The position numbers and the translations under genes are program-made. From IMG/VR virus record IMGVR_UViG_3300029240_000001: DNA of 64,000 bases; one strand, written 5' to 3'. The DNA comes from a virus. The notes beneath the pieces were generated by a model. That model was not told the origin of the DNA, searched no databases, and saw only the letters and a program-made list of their open reading frames with translations. Positions within the stretch are counted from its first letter, which is position 1, and the number at the start of each line of letters is the position of its first letter. Positions 1 through 9,797 of the stretch are shown piece by piece.

Positions 1-2
1 AC

Positions 3-194
3 TACTATGGTCATCAATGCGTTGGAGCATGGATGGCATATGGTCTTGTTGTAGATAACATTAGAGTAGATATTGCTTGGCTTGTAAGTACTCATATGGC
101 ACCATTCCTTAATGAAAAGTATTATAGGAATTTGCCATCATATTTAAAAGCGTCTATAGATTTACTTCATGAGGCAGACATAGCGGCGCATTGA
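3..194 (+). CDS. 3' end of a CDS truncated by the window edge; HD / nucleotidyltransferase-associated-like C-terminus (tentative)
   Basis: Frame is open from the window start to TGA at 192-194 and translates ...YYGHQCVGAWMAYGL...LLHEADIAAH. Absent from the ORF track because there is no start codon in the window. Confidence 0.4.
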   Translation, partial: YYGHQCVGAWMAYGLVVDNIRVDIAWLVSTHMAPFLNEKYYRNLPSYLKASIDLLHEADIAAH

Positions 195-214
195 TAAAAT
201 ATTAAATTAACCTC

Positions 215-243
215 TTGACAATACAAAATTATTGACATATAAT
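215..243 (+). promoter_or_regulatory. SigmaA-type promoter (TTGACA-17 nt-TATAAT) upstream of primase
   Basis: TTGACA at 215-220, 17-nt spacer, TATAAT at 238-243. The spacer contains the recurrent motif CAATACAAAATTATTG (219-234). Confidence 0.75.
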
Positions 244-271
244 GTCCACATAGAAAGGAGAGTGAATACTT

Positions 272-1300
272 GTGGATGTACAATCTTTAAAAGAATATAT
301 ATTAGACAATGAAAAATTGCCAGAGATTCTTCAGGAGATTGGATGCCACAGTATTCACGATCATGGTGGATATATTACATGCGGAAACAAAACTGGAGAC
401 AACAAATCAGCAATTGTTATTTATTTAAATGAAAATTTAACTGTTGTAAATTACACTCGTACAATGACGAGCAGTAAAAGAACAACAGATATCTTTGATT
501 TGATTTGTTATAACGAAGACTATTCTTTTCCTGAAGCTCTTAAGTTCTGTTGCAATTTATTTGGGCTAGATTATTATCAAGAGCCAGAAGAAGTTCCAGA
601 ATCTCTTCAAATACTTAAAATGTTACAGCAAATGGCGACAGAAGAAGATGACTTTGATGACACTCCGCTAAAACCTATTCCAGAAAAAATTCTATCTTAT
701 TATCTCCCATACGGCAATAAACTATGGGAGGATGATGGGATTAGTCTAAGCACTCAAAAGCTATTTGAAGTTTCTTTTGATCCAATGACAAACTCAATTG
801 CGATTCCAATTAGAGATGAAATTGGGACATTGGTTGGGATTAAAGCAAGAAGAATGGAATATGACCCGGATAGTGGAATGTCTAAATATTTTTTTCTCGA
901 ACCATGTGCAAAGTCAAGAATCTTGTATGGTCTATTTCAAAATATAAAATTAATTCAACATACAGGGACAGTATGGGTCGGTGAAAGTGAAAAATTTGTG
1001 CAGCAATTGTACGATATGGGGTATTATGGTGTAAGTACTGGTGGAACAAAGATTTCAAAAAATCAAGTTGAGATGTTAACAAGATTAAATGCCAAGATTG
1101 TTTTTTGTTATGATGAAGATGTTGATGAAGAACAATTAAAAAACATTTCAAATATGTTCTTAAATGGGATCCCAGTATATGCAATTATTGATAAAGATCA
1201 TATTCTTGACAATAAAGAATCTCCTAGCGACAATCCCGAAAAATTTAAATATCTAATTAAAAATAATATATATAGTTTGCGTGAGGATAATGACGAATAA
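272..1300 (+). CDS. DNA primase (TOPRIM domain, N-terminal Cys/His zinc-binding region)
   Basis: GTG start after AGGAG. N-terminus has CHSIHDHGGYITCGNKTG; C-terminal half has a TOPRIM-like GESEKF...VFCYDEDVDEE acidic motif. Confidence 0.75.
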   Translation: MDVQSLKEYILDNEKLPEILQEIGCHSIHDHGGYITCGNKTGDNKSAIVIYLNENLTVVNYTRTMTSSKRTTDIFDLICYNEDYSFPEALKFCCNLFGLDYYQEPEEVPESLQILKMLQQMATEEDDFDDTPLKPIPEKILSYYLPYGNKLWEDDGISLSTQKLFEVSFDPMTNSIAIPIRDEIGTLVGIKARRMEYDPDSGMSKYFFLEPCAKSRILYGLFQNIKLIQHTGTVWVGESEKFVQQLYDMGYYGVSTGGTKISKNQVEMLTRLNAKIVFCYDEDVDEEQLKNISNMFLNGIPVYAIIDKDHILDNKESPSDNPEKFKYLIKNNIYSLREDNDE

Positions 1301-1724
1301 ACAGAGAAAATTTTTTAAACATGCAAAAGCCGCTTCTGAAATGAGCAGTTTTCCAAGAGTACATATTGGTGCAATTGTCACATGTGGCAATAAAGTTGTA
1401 GGTGTAGGTTTCAATAGCAGAAAGAGTTCACCGATTCAAAAGAAATATAATAAATATAGAAATTTTGATTGTTCTGCAACCAATACAGAGCCTCTTCATT
1501 TGACACATGCAGAAGTTGCTGCACTTGGGCAGTTGAAATATATGGATATTGATGTTAGCAAATGTGAAGTATGGACATATAGAGAGAATCTAAATCATGA
1601 GCTTTCCCCATCTCGTCCATGCGCTGCATGCATGAATTATCTCAAAGACCTTGGTATTAAAAAGATACATTATACAACTGATGGCGGATACGCCGATGAA
1701 GAAATTGTGATTAAGGAGAGTTAA
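1290..1724 (+). CDS. Deoxycytidylate (dCMP)/cytidine deaminase family zinc enzyme
   Basis: HAEVAAL ... PCAACMNYL (H-A-E and P-C-x-x-C zinc motifs). ATG at 1290 is in the frame of track ORF 1281-1724. Confidence 0.85.
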   Translation: MTNKQRKFFKHAKAASEMSSFPRVHIGAIVTCGNKVVGVGFNSRKSSPIQKKYNKYRNFDCSATNTEPLHLTHAEVAALGQLKYMDIDVSKCEVWTYRENLNHELSPSRPCAACMNYLKDLGIKKIHYTTDGGYADEEIVIKES

Positions 1725-1726
1725 AA

Positions 1727-1906
1727 GTGTATAAGAGAAATTGTGTTGAAGTTAGTGAGGATCTCTGTAAAAAATGTTTTATTAAGATCGCCAAGCCAAG
1801 CAAAAAAGAGATTAAGCATATTGTACTAACAGACTATAATGCGACATGTGACAATTGTGGGCGAAAAGGGCCAATTGTTGATTATATTAATGATGAAGAT
1901 TATTAA
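1727..1906 (+). CDS. Small Cys-rich (zinc-ribbon-like) protein, 59 aa
   Basis: GTG start 5 nt after AAGGAGAG. Translates VYKRNCVEVSEDLCKKCF...ATCDNCGRKGPIV (CxxC...CxxC). Below the ORF-track size cut-off; fills an otherwise empty gap. Confidence 0.5.
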   Translation: MYKRNCVEVSEDLCKKCFIKIAKPSKKEIKHIVLTDYNATCDNCGRKGPIVDYINDEDY

Positions 1907-1924
1907 TTTGGAGGAAATGAAATA

Positions 1925-2695
1925 ATGACAAACGATCAGAAAGAATTGGTTCAGCCGATTTTAAATACGATTACGAACTCAGATATTAAAGAATTTGCCA
2001 TGGTGCTACTTGGAGATATGCCAGATTACATATGGCACATTGGTGCTTCAAGTACCGGAAAATATCATCCCACTTATAGTCTTGGAGAAGGCGGGCTTAT
2101 GCGTCATCAAATTGCGGTTGTAAGATTCTTAAATTTCTTTTTTGAACTTGAGCAGTATAACAGTAAGCTTACTACGAGACAGATGGATTTAATGCGTGTA
2201 GCTGGATTGTTGCACGATGGTCGCAAAAGTGGTTCTCAGCAAGATTATGAAGCGTCTAAATATACAAGATTTAATCATCCACTACTGATGGCAAATGAAA
2301 TTAGAAAATATGATGGGAAATACTTAGATCATGAGGAAATTGAATTTATCGCTGATGTAGTCTCTAAGCACATGGGGCAGTGGTCAGAGGATAGGAAAAG
2401 CAATGTTGTTCTTCCAAAACCTAACGATAGATTCTCTAGGATGCTACATGTTGCCGATTACCTTGCAAGTCGCAAATGTCTTACAATGGATTTTACAGGA
2501 TATATTGAACCAACAAGTACAACTATTAACCCAGAAGAATATGTGTTACCATTCGGCAAATATAGTGGGCAGAAGCTCATAGACATCTATAAAGCACATC
2601 CTGATTATTGTGATTGGATGGAAAATAATATTCATAAGCGTGATGTTCTAGCTGTTCTAAAAATGGTAAAGGAGAAATGTAAAAATGAAGATTGA
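1925..2695 (+). CDS. HD-domain metal-dependent phosphohydrolase
   Basis: H...HD signature (GKYHP...MRHQIAV...AGLLHDGRKSG). C-terminal FGKYSGQKLIDI...YCDWM motif as seen in small phage/exonuclease-associated domains. Confidence 0.7.
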   Translation: MTNDQKELVQPILNTITNSDIKEFAMVLLGDMPDYIWHIGASSTGKYHPTYSLGEGGLMRHQIAVVRFLNFFFELEQYNSKLTTRQMDLMRVAGLLHDGRKSGSQQDYEASKYTRFNHPLLMANEIRKYDGKYLDHEEIEFIADVVSKHMGQWSEDRKSNVVLPKPNDRFSRMLHVADYLASRKCLTMDFTGYIEPTSTTINPEEYVLPFGKYSGQKLIDIYKAHPDYCDWMENNIHKRDVLAVLKMVKEKCKNED

Positions 2696-3095
2696 GATCC
2701 TTGCTGGTGGTAATATTGAAAAAGCATTTAAAGAACTGAATGTAGATTTTACTACAACATATTCTGGTGATCAATATAAAGTATGTGAAATTGATAAGAA
2801 GGACATGAAGCGCATGGAAGATTATGAAGGAGAATGGCCTGACGATTGGGGCTGGTGGAGCTTTACTAAAGGATCAAACATGGGAACTCCTTATAATTTT
2901 GTTAAGATTAATGGCCGTGATATTATTTGTTGGGAGGGCGATGGTCATTGTAACGATGAATACAATACTCTTCTAGACTATATGAGTAAAGCAATTGGGG
3001 CGTCACAGTCAAGAAATGTATGTGCTCTGGCGGTTGATCTTGCTCGTGCGAATGGCATGTCTATGTCAGAACTGTTTAAAATCTATCAAAGATAA
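2685..3095 (+). CDS. Hypothetical protein
   Basis: 136-aa ORF, ATGA overlap with the upstream gene, followed by a terminator. No recognisable motif. Confidence 0.5.
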   Translation: MKIEILAGGNIEKAFKELNVDFTTTYSGDQYKVCEIDKKDMKRMEDYEGEWPDDWGWWSFTKGSNMGTPYNFVKINGRDIICWEGDGHCNDEYNTLLDYMSKAIGASQSRNVCALAVDLARANGMSMSELFKIYQR

Positions 3096-3136
3096 TGTAT
3101 TGCATAGAAAAACACAATAGTATATCAAAAAAATAT

Positions 3137-3166
3137 GGCTCCTAGGCAACTGGGAGCCTTTTTGTT
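3137..3166 (+). terminator. Rho-independent terminator
   Basis: GGCTCC (3137-3142) / GGAGCC (3153-3158) stem followed by TTTTTGTT. Confidence 0.7.
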
Positions 3167-3168
3167 AC

Positions 3169-3197
3169 TTGACAATACAAAATTATTGTGATATAGT
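3169..3197 (+). promoter_or_regulatory. SigmaA-type promoter with extended -10 (TTGACA-17-TGaTATAGT)
   Basis: TTGACA at 3169-3174 and TATAGT at 3192-3197. The spacer holds an identical copy of CAATACAAAATTATTG (3173-3188). Confidence 0.75.
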
Positions 3198-3218
3198 GGT
3201 ATCACAAAGAAAGGGTGC

Positions 3219-4934
3219 ATGCATTTGAAATATAAATTAACAGGCAATAATGATACTACAAATATTTTAAAAACAGTATTAAATAATAGAGGAATTGAAA
3301 ATTATAATGAATACCTAGCGTTGTGTGACAATTGTTCCGACAATTGGGATAATTTAAATTCTATAGATGAAGCAGTAAATTGCTTTGATTATCATTTTTG
3401 GAATAAGCATAAAATGGCAATTTTGTCTGACACTGATGTTGATGGAATCACAAGTGCAACAATGATGTATCAATATATTAAAATCATGGACGTAGACTAT
3501 CCAGTATCAATTATTGTGCATAAGAAGAACAAGTCACATGGTCTAGCATCTTGGGACTTTGATATTCCAGACAATACAAAGTTGTTGATTATTCCAGATG
3601 CAGGGAGTAATGATGTGGATGAATGTAAAAAGTTAATAAACGATGGTATTGAAGTAATTGTTCTTGATCACCATCAAGTGTCCACAGATAAATTAAATCC
3701 TGCTATTGTAGTAAACAACCAAGCGTCTGATGAGTATCCAAATAAGGAAGCGTGTGGCGCTCATGTTACATATAATTTCCTACAAGCATTAGATGAGTGC
3801 TATTGGAATGATATTTGTGAAGATCATTTTACTGACTTAGTGGCATTAGCAGATATTTCAGATGTAATGTCAATGAGATCATTTAATACTCGTGCGATGG
3901 TCAACTATGGAATAGATCACATTAACAATAAAATGTTTCAAGAGATTCTCAAGGCGCAGGATTTTTCTACAAAAGGGATTGTGTCTCCATTTACAATTGC
4001 ATTCTACGTTACTCCTTTGATTAATGCGTTTCTACGTAGTGCTTCATTTGAGGAGCGAGAGTTGCTGGTTAATGCTTTTTGTGAATGTGAAGAAAAAACT
4101 TTTGAATATGTAAAACGTGGAGAAAATTTTCCTGTTGAAGAAAATATTTATCAACACTGCGTTAGGATTGCAAAATCATATAAATCGAAGCAAGATCGCG
4201 CTAAAGACAAAGCATGCAAGGCATTCATGGCTTCTAATGATTATTCTAATGATAAAGTTGCTATTGTAGATGCGACAGGTGAATTAAATTCAGCATATAC
4301 AGGGCTTGTTGCAATGAAGATGTCTGAGATACTGAATAGACCTGTACTTCTTGTTATAGAAACAGATAATGGATTTGCTGGAAGCGGTAGAGCTTTTGAT
4401 TATTGCCCAATTGAAGATTTCAGAGAACTTGTTGATAAGTGTCCAGAGTCTACTATGTCACAGGGTCATGCACAAGCATTTGGTCTTTGTTTGACTGACA
4501 TTAACAAGGCACGAGAATGGTTTAATGAAAATCTTAAAGACGTATCTTTTGAAAAAATATATGTAGTAGATTTCATTGTTGATGCAGAAGATGTATCAAT
4601 TTCGTGGTGCCAAGAACTTGATAAATATAAATCAACTTTTGCACATGGAGTAGATGAACCATTGTGGTTGATTAAAGATTTATATATATCTAATGATAAT
4701 GCCAAAATTGTCGGAAAGAACGATGATACAATTCAAATTTATGACGAGGATACGAATATCAAATATGTTATGTTCAAATGCGATGAATCAAATGAAGTGT
4801 TTGATTGGATGAATAATAATTTTGCAGGAGAAGAGACATATATTAATGTAATTGGCACATTGGGTATTAACGTATATAATGGACAAGTTTCTCCACAAGT
4901 ATTAATTAAAGAATGTGAGATTAGAAAGGATTAA
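3219..4934 (+). CDS. DHH-family phosphoesterase / RecJ-like single-strand exonuclease
   Basis: DHH-family motifs: SDTDVDGITS, IIPDAGSND, VLDHHQ. Confidence 0.75.
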   Translation: MHLKYKLTGNNDTTNILKTVLNNRGIENYNEYLALCDNCSDNWDNLNSIDEAVNCFDYHFWNKHKMAILSDTDVDGITSATMMYQYIKIMDVDYPVSIIVHKKNKSHGLASWDFDIPDNTKLLIIPDAGSNDVDECKKLINDGIEVIVLDHHQVSTDKLNPAIVVNNQASDEYPNKEACGAHVTYNFLQALDECYWNDICEDHFTDLVALADISDVMSMRSFNTRAMVNYGIDHINNKMFQEILKAQDFSTKGIVSPFTIAFYVTPLINAFLRSASFEERELLVNAFCECEEKTFEYVKRGENFPVEENIYQHCVRIAKSYKSKQDRAKDKACKAFMASNDYSNDKVAIVDATGELNSAYTGLVAMKMSEILNRPVLLVIETDNGFAGSGRAFDYCPIEDFRELVDKCPESTMSQGHAQAFGLCLTDINKAREWFNENLKDVSFEKIYVVDFIVDAEDVSISWCQELDKYKSTFAHGVDEPLWLIKDLYISNDNAKIVGKNDDTIQIYDEDTNIKYVMFKCDESNEVFDWMNNNFAGEETYINVIGTLGINVYNGQVSPQVLIKECEIRKD

Positions 4935-4939
4935 TCGCA

Positions 4940-5158
4940 ATGGGATGGAATAGTACAAAAGATAAACTCCCTCCAGACATGGTAGATGTTCTTGGCTATA
5001 CAGATGCAGATAAATTCAAAGTCGTATCCATTAAGAATGGAGTTTGGAACACTTATATGAATGTACTTTATTGGATGTGGCTTCCTGATAAACCAGATAT
5101 TAAGTCAGAAGAGCCAACAAAAAGACGTGGTAGAAAGAAGGCGACAGATAAAACATGA
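4940..5158 (+). CDS. Hypothetical protein (DUF551-like N-terminus, basic tail)
   Basis: 72-aa ORF; W..TKDKLPP motif; ATGA overlap with the next gene. Confidence 0.45.
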   Translation: MGWNSTKDKLPPDMVDVLGYTDADKFKVVSIKNGVWNTYMNVLYWMWLPDKPDIKSEEPTKRRGRKKATDKT

Positions 5159-5442
5159 CAAAAGTTGATCAATATAAATGTGATTATTGTGGAGAAGTTT
5201 TCAATGATTATGACAAGTGCCTTGCACATGAATATGAGCATCAGAATGATGATGTGTCTAGAGCAAAATATTTAATCAAATATAATCTAAGAAAAGATCT
5301 TTGTGACTATTGTGAGCATAGCTATTTTGTATATGGATGCGAGATTGATTGTCAGTTTAAGAAAAACTGTAATTACAAAAACAATTATGAATTATTTGCG
5401 CCAGTTAAACCATTCCATGACAAAAGTATTAAAGGTTATTAA
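5155..5442 (+). CDS. Small Cys/His-rich protein (C2H2-like finger at N-terminus)
   Basis: YKCDYCGEVFNDYDKCLAHEYEH plus further CxxC pairs. Confidence 0.5.
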   Translation: MTKVDQYKCDYCGEVFNDYDKCLAHEYEHQNDDVSRAKYLIKYNLRKDLCDYCEHSYFVYGCEIDCQFKKNCNYKNNYELFAPVKPFHDKSIKGY

Positions 5443-5456
5443 GAAAGGATAATTAA

Positions 5457-6194
5457 ATGAGTTATTGGGATTATGAAGAGCCTATGTGGGAACCGTCTGA
5501 AGCAGATGAATTATTTGATGAAATAAAATCAAAGCTTATTGATGCAGCTAAAGACTCTTTGAAGAGTGATATGGAATCGCTTAAAAGACGCAACGAGTAT
5601 CTTGATAAGCGCAATAAAGAGCTTGAGGACAAATCACTAGAAGTATCAAGAAAAGAGAGTGATCTGGAATATAAATCACGAAATCTTCGTAGAGAAGTAG
5701 AAAAAGAATTTTATAAGACTGCTATTGACGATATCTTTAAGGATGCGCTTGAAAAATCTCAGCTTTGGATTGCATATAATAAACCACATGAAAAGCCTAA
5801 GTGCGACAAATGCGACGAAAATAGGAAGTGGGTTTTGACTTGGCCTGATGGGACAACCACGAGCAAGAATTGCACATGTTCACAGCCAGATTATTGGTAT
5901 GAGCCAGAAGAGACATGGATTGAGGCATTGAGATATAGAGTTAATGACGCGAATTATCCATCGGAAAGATATTATCGTCTCGATAAAAGTTATCAATGCA
6001 CTGGTGACAGCAGATGGAATGATTATTCTTATAAAGATTTTGGGATCCAGTTTGTATATGATAAGTTTTGTGATGATGTTATTGAAAAGCGAGATCAACT
6101 CACATATGGTAAAAATATTGGGTTTACATCAAAAGAAGAATGTCAAAAGTATTGTGATTGGTTGAATAAACGGAGTTTGAGAAATAAGCAATAG
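5457..6194 (+). CDS. Hypothetical protein with central coiled coil and Cys-rich C-terminal half
   Basis: 245-aa ORF with an RBS (GAAAGGA). Charged heptad-like stretch followed by CDKCDE...CTC. Confidence 0.5.
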   Translation: MSYWDYEEPMWEPSEADELFDEIKSKLIDAAKDSLKSDMESLKRRNEYLDKRNKELEDKSLEVSRKESDLEYKSRNLRREVEKEFYKTAIDDIFKDALEKSQLWIAYNKPHEKPKCDKCDENRKWVLTWPDGTTTSKNCTCSQPDYWYEPEETWIEALRYRVNDANYPSERYYRLDKSYQCTGDSRWNDYSYKDFGIQFVYDKFCDDVIEKRDQLTYGKNIGFTSKEECQKYCDWLNKRSLRNKQ

Positions 6195-6211
6195 AAATAA
6201 AGATTTGAGGT

Positions 6212-6418
6212 GTGTATATGAATTGGAGAGAGCAGATTATTCAAAATATTAAAGATTGCGGACAGTCTCTTATGGATAACGCCGAGAACATTGTGGATGG
6301 TTACAAGTACGCAAGGGGATTTATTATCACTTGCTATGTAGATGGAAATGGAGAACCACCGTATGTCAGTGTCAACACTGATTTTTATCCTGAGAAGTTT
6401 ATTGAAAGGCGTATGTAA
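6212..6418 (+). CDS. Hypothetical protein
   Basis: 68-aa ORF after a GAGG RBS, co-directional and tightly packed. Confidence 0.4.
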   Translation: MYMNWREQIIQNIKDCGQSLMDNAENIVDGYKYARGFIITCYVDGNGEPPYVSVNTDFYPEKFIERRM

Positions 6419-6433
6419 AAGGAGGACAAAACA

Positions 6434-6775
6434 ATGAATAGTAATGTAATTATTGATAGCCATATTACCCCAACTGACGTAAAGATTTATGTTGAAAATG
6501 GCACCCCTTATCTTGATTATACAGGGATATGCTATGCGAGTAACGGTGACAAAATTAAAGTTCATTTTCCAAAAATTGATCTTACACTTACTAATATAAC
6601 ACAAGAAAAAGAATATGAAGAGTGGAAGTATCAGTGGGGCTCAAGAGAAATACTTACAAAATTTAATGTTTGCGCATCAAACGACAAATGGGCTACATTT
6701 GAAGTTGTTGAACGAGAAGTGTCAAAGAAACAGCTTGAGAAGGAGCTTGGTTATAAGTTGAATATTAAGGAGTAA
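6434..6775 (+). CDS. Hypothetical protein
   Basis: 113-aa ORF after AAGGAGGA. Confidence 0.45.
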   Translation: MNSNVIIDSHITPTDVKIYVENGTPYLDYTGICYASNGDKIKVHFPKIDLTLTNITQEKEYEEWKYQWGSREILTKFNVCASNDKWATFEVVEREVSKKQLEKELGYKLNIKE

Positions 6776-6778
6776 TTT

Positions 6779-7063
6779 ATGGCAATTTATCCTCTTACAA
6801 TACGTCCGAGATGCGACACAGAAAATGAATGGATTAAATATAATCCTATATTAAAATACAGAGAGTTTGTAGTTTCTGTTGATAAAAATGGGGCAAGATA
6901 TAAAATTGGAGATGGAATATCTAAGTATGATAAACTGCAATTTGTATCACTGGAAATGGCCATAACAAATGGAATTATATACTGCACTGGTGGCCAATAT
7001 AGCCATGTAAAGATTGAACTAATAGATCCAAGAAAAATTGAGGAGGCAAACAATGATCTCTAA
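6779..7063 (+). CDS. Small protein carrying the same N-terminal module as the tail-fibre proteins
   Basis: RPRCDTENEWIKYNPILKYREF...YKIGDGISKYDKLQF parallels RNKRDTEANW..NP.L..GE...K.GDG..Y.QLPF in ORFs 62505-63395 and 55806-57230. Confidence 0.5.
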   Translation: MAIYPLTIRPRCDTENEWIKYNPILKYREFVVSVDKNGARYKIGDGISKYDKLQFVSLEMAITNGIIYCTGGQYSHVKIELIDPRKIEEANNDL

Positions 7064-7379
7064 GGAAGCTTTTATTAATACTATGAAGCATCTTGAAAAT
7101 CTGGATACGAAAATGGCAAGAGTTGATAGTGCTCTAAAAGATCTTTGCGAAGACTTTTGTGGATTTTATATTACAGATATTTTTGATATTGTTATTAATT
7201 TGCTCGAAGAAGTGTTCCATGACCAAGAAGAATGGATTGGTTACTTTGTATTTGAAGAGGATTGGTTGCATGGATTTAAAATTGGAGATGTCATTGTTAA
7301 CGATGTACCGGTTATTATTGATGATTGGGGAGACGTTTATGATTTCTTGATTGTTAATATGGAGAAAGAAAATGAGTAG
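7038..7379 (+). CDS. Hypothetical acidic protein
   Basis: 113-aa ORF with an RBS (GAGGAGG). Confidence 0.45.
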   Translation: MRRQTMISKEAFINTMKHLENLDTKMARVDSALKDLCEDFCGFYITDIFDIVINLLEEVFHDQEEWIGYFVFEEDWLHGFKIGDVIVNDVPVIIDDWGDVYDFLIVNMEKENE

Positions 7380-7950
7380 AATTTTTTATATTTCAGATTT
7401 ACATCTAATGCATCAAAACGTTATTAGGTTTGATAATCGCCCATTTAAAACAGGTGATGAGATGGACAAAACATTAATTGACAACTGGAATTCCGTTGTA
7501 AGCAATGCAGATCATGTGTATCATCTTGGAGATTTTTGCTGGGGCAAGAAGGATGATTGGATTAAGTATCTAAAGCTGCTAAATGGCAATATTCATATCA
7601 TAAAGGGCAATCATGATTTAAAAGAGTTTAGTTCAGATATTAGAAAGTATATTGTAGAAGCTGTAGACTACAAAGAAATCACTGACAACGGACGACATGT
7701 AATCCTATGTCATTATCCGATCATGTGCTATAAAGCATCTTATAATCCAAATTGCTACATGCTTCATGGACATACCCACATAACAAGAGAGCAAGCTTTC
7801 GTTGAGAAGTGGACTAAGGAGCTAAGAGATAGTAAAAGCTCTAATAGCGATAGTTGTGGCAATATTTTTAATGTTGGATGCATGATGCCGCACATGGAAT
7901 ATAGACCCAAAACACTTGATGAAATTATTGAAAGGAACAATTATGGATAA
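7372..7950 (+). CDS. Calcineurin-like metallophosphoesterase
   Basis: ISDLHLMH, HLGDF, GNHD and HGHTH motifs. ATG at 7372 is preferred over the upstream TTG of the track ORF. Confidence 0.8.
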   Translation: MSRIFYISDLHLMHQNVIRFDNRPFKTGDEMDKTLIDNWNSVVSNADHVYHLGDFCWGKKDDWIKYLKLLNGNIHIIKGNHDLKEFSSDIRKYIVEAVDYKEITDNGRHVILCHYPIMCYKASYNPNCYMLHGHTHITREQAFVEKWTKELRDSKSSNSDSCGNIFNVGCMMPHMEYRPKTLDEIIERNNYG

Positions 7951-8728
7951 AACTCCTGAAGATATAGAATTAAAAATTATACAATTGTATAATGATGGAT
8001 TTGGAACCAATGAAATATCAACAATGTGGAATGTTCACAGAGCTACAGTTCAAAGAATTTTATTAAGGAATAATATAAAATTAAGGAAAAGAAGTCCAGT
8101 AAAATATAATGTACATTTTTTTGATAATTATACTATAGAGAGTTGCTATTGGGCTGGTTTTATTGCTGCGGACGGTACGATAAGAAGTGATAGAGATTCT
8201 GTAGAAATGCATTTGTCGAAAGAAGACTCTAGCCATCTTGATAAAATTGCAAAAGCAACAAATTTTACTGGCAATATACGTGTTGGAGAAAAAGATTGTT
8301 GTATTTCTTTTGCTGGAGAATGGTTTAAAAAATCATTAGAAAATAATTTTGATTTAACATCAAGAAAAAGCATGACTGTATTTGTGAGTGATAAAATACC
8401 AAAAAATATGATACCTCATTATCTTAGGGGGTATTTTGACGGTGACGGTTGTGTTTCACAAACTAATAATTATTTACATATAAGCTTTACTTCTGGTTCA
8501 AAACGTTTCTTAAATCAAGTTATTGAAATTATATATGATCTCGGAATTAAAGTTAGAAACAAAAGTGAAAAACCTAAAATTCAAAGATATTCAATTCATT
8601 ATTTTTGCAAAAATGCTTACTATGTTTTGAAATTTTTATATGAAAGTTCTACAGACTTAACAAGACTTAATAGAAAATATTTACTTTATACTGATAGAAT
8701 TAGTGAATTTGAACTAAAGACTTATTAA
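7943..8728 (+). mobile_element. Free-standing LAGLIDADG homing endonuclease with N-terminal HTH
   Basis: Two LAGLIDADG motifs (WAGFIAADGTI, LRGYFDGDGCV). N-terminal HTH (TNEISTMWNVHRATVQRIL). The flanking phosphoesterase gene appears complete. Confidence 0.8.
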
Positions 8729-8745
8729 TATAGGAGGCTAAAAAA

Positions 8746-8886
8746 ATGATTAATGAACTTATTGCTAGACTACAGAAGTGCCCTGAGTATTCGTGCTCTA
8801 GATGCACTTATTATGGAACTCCTGCTTGTGCAATCAAGGAAGCAATTGTTGAACTACGCCATTATGAGCAGGTTATTGCTAAGTAA
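8746..8886 (+). CDS. Small Cys-containing protein, 46 aa
   Basis: ATG 7 nt after AGGAGG. Translates MINELIARLQKCPEYSCSRCTYYGTPACAIKE... Below the track cut-off. Confidence 0.35.
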   Translation: MINELIARLQKCPEYSCSRCTYYGTPACAIKEAIVELRHYEQVIAK

Positions 8887-8899
8887 CGAGGTATAAATT

Positions 8900-9106
8900 A
8901 TGAAAATTCTAGTAGATGAGATGCCATCGCGCCCAATGGATTGCCCCCATTCAGAACTGAGTGGGAATATAGAATATCAATGGTGGCATTGTAATTATGG
9001 AGGTTGTGGGTGTAAAAACACCAATAGCTGTCCATTCTTTATGAGCTTTGAAGACTATAAAAATCGAACATATGAACGTACTCGTTTTACATCAATCATG
9101 GACTAG
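8900..9106 (+). CDS. Small Cys-rich protein
   Basis: 68 aa with RBS GAGG; CPH...WWHCNYGGCGCKNTNSCPFF. Confidence 0.4.
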   Translation: MKILVDEMPSRPMDCPHSELSGNIEYQWWHCNYGGCGCKNTNSCPFFMSFEDYKNRTYERTRFTSIMD

Positions 9107-9190
9107 AAGTATGAAAGCATATTATTGCTTCTGTATTGACCATTGTTGTATTCTGCTGTAGAAATAAAACAAAATTTTAGGAGGAATATT

Positions 9191-9421
9191 ATGATCCAAT
9201 GTTGCGAATATGCTTGTCCATATAGAAATTCGTCTTCTGGATATTGTAGTCTAACTGCTTGTTATGAGCAGCCAATTGTGCCAAAGTATGAAAACATGTT
9301 AATTTTCCCTCATACTATAGGTAATATTACATATTACAACAAAGAAGAATTGATTAAATGGGTTGAAGACCAGCAGAAATTTAATAAAGATACCAATTAT
9401 GGAGTAGGAAATTGGTGTTAA
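9191..9421 (+). CDS. Small Cys-rich protein
   Basis: ATG after TAGGAGGAATATT; MIQCCEYACPYRNSSSGYCSLTACY... The internal start is preferred over the track start at 9143. Confidence 0.4.
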   Translation: MIQCCEYACPYRNSSSGYCSLTACYEQPIVPKYENMLIFPHTIGNITYYNKEELIKWVEDQQKFNKDTNYGVGNWC

Positions 9422-9455
9422 GTAACAAATAAAAATATATTTTTAAGGTGAATGT

Positions 9456-9779
9456 ATGGGATTGTTTAAAAAAGCATTTAGAAAGAATATGGTGACTCTT
9501 CAAAAATTTAAACCTGTTTTTACTACTGTAGACGGTCATAGGCATACTGGTTTTGAATATAATTATGGAATTGTAGAAAGATTGCTGTGTGGTGTTCCAG
9601 AATATATGATGATTGATATTAAAAGTGATGGTTACTTGAAAGATAATTATGGGGTAATGTACCCGCTGGCAAATATTGTGTCGATTGATTGGCAACTGGT
9701 AGACGAAAAAAAAGTAGAGGATAAATTTGGAAAATATCAAATTTTCGTAACAACAAAAGATGTAGAACAAATATGCTAA
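9456..9779 (+). CDS. Hypothetical protein
   Basis: 107-aa ORF after AAGGTGAA. Confidence 0.45.
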   Translation: MGLFKKAFRKNMVTLQKFKPVFTTVDGHRHTGFEYNYGIVERLLCGVPEYMMIDIKSDGYLKDNYGVMYPLANIVSIDWQLVDEKKVEDKFGKYQIFVTTKDVEQIC

Positions 9780-9797
9780 ATATATGTGGGTGGGTAT

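Noticed and set aside
6143-6604. 153-aa minus-strand ORF (and similar ones at 9381-9770, 10425-10724, 882-1184) in the early arm
   Set aside because: They are antisense to densely packed plus-strand genes and show the hydrophobic/Ile-Phe-rich translations typical of AT-rich antisense frames. They have no RBS and no terminator context.
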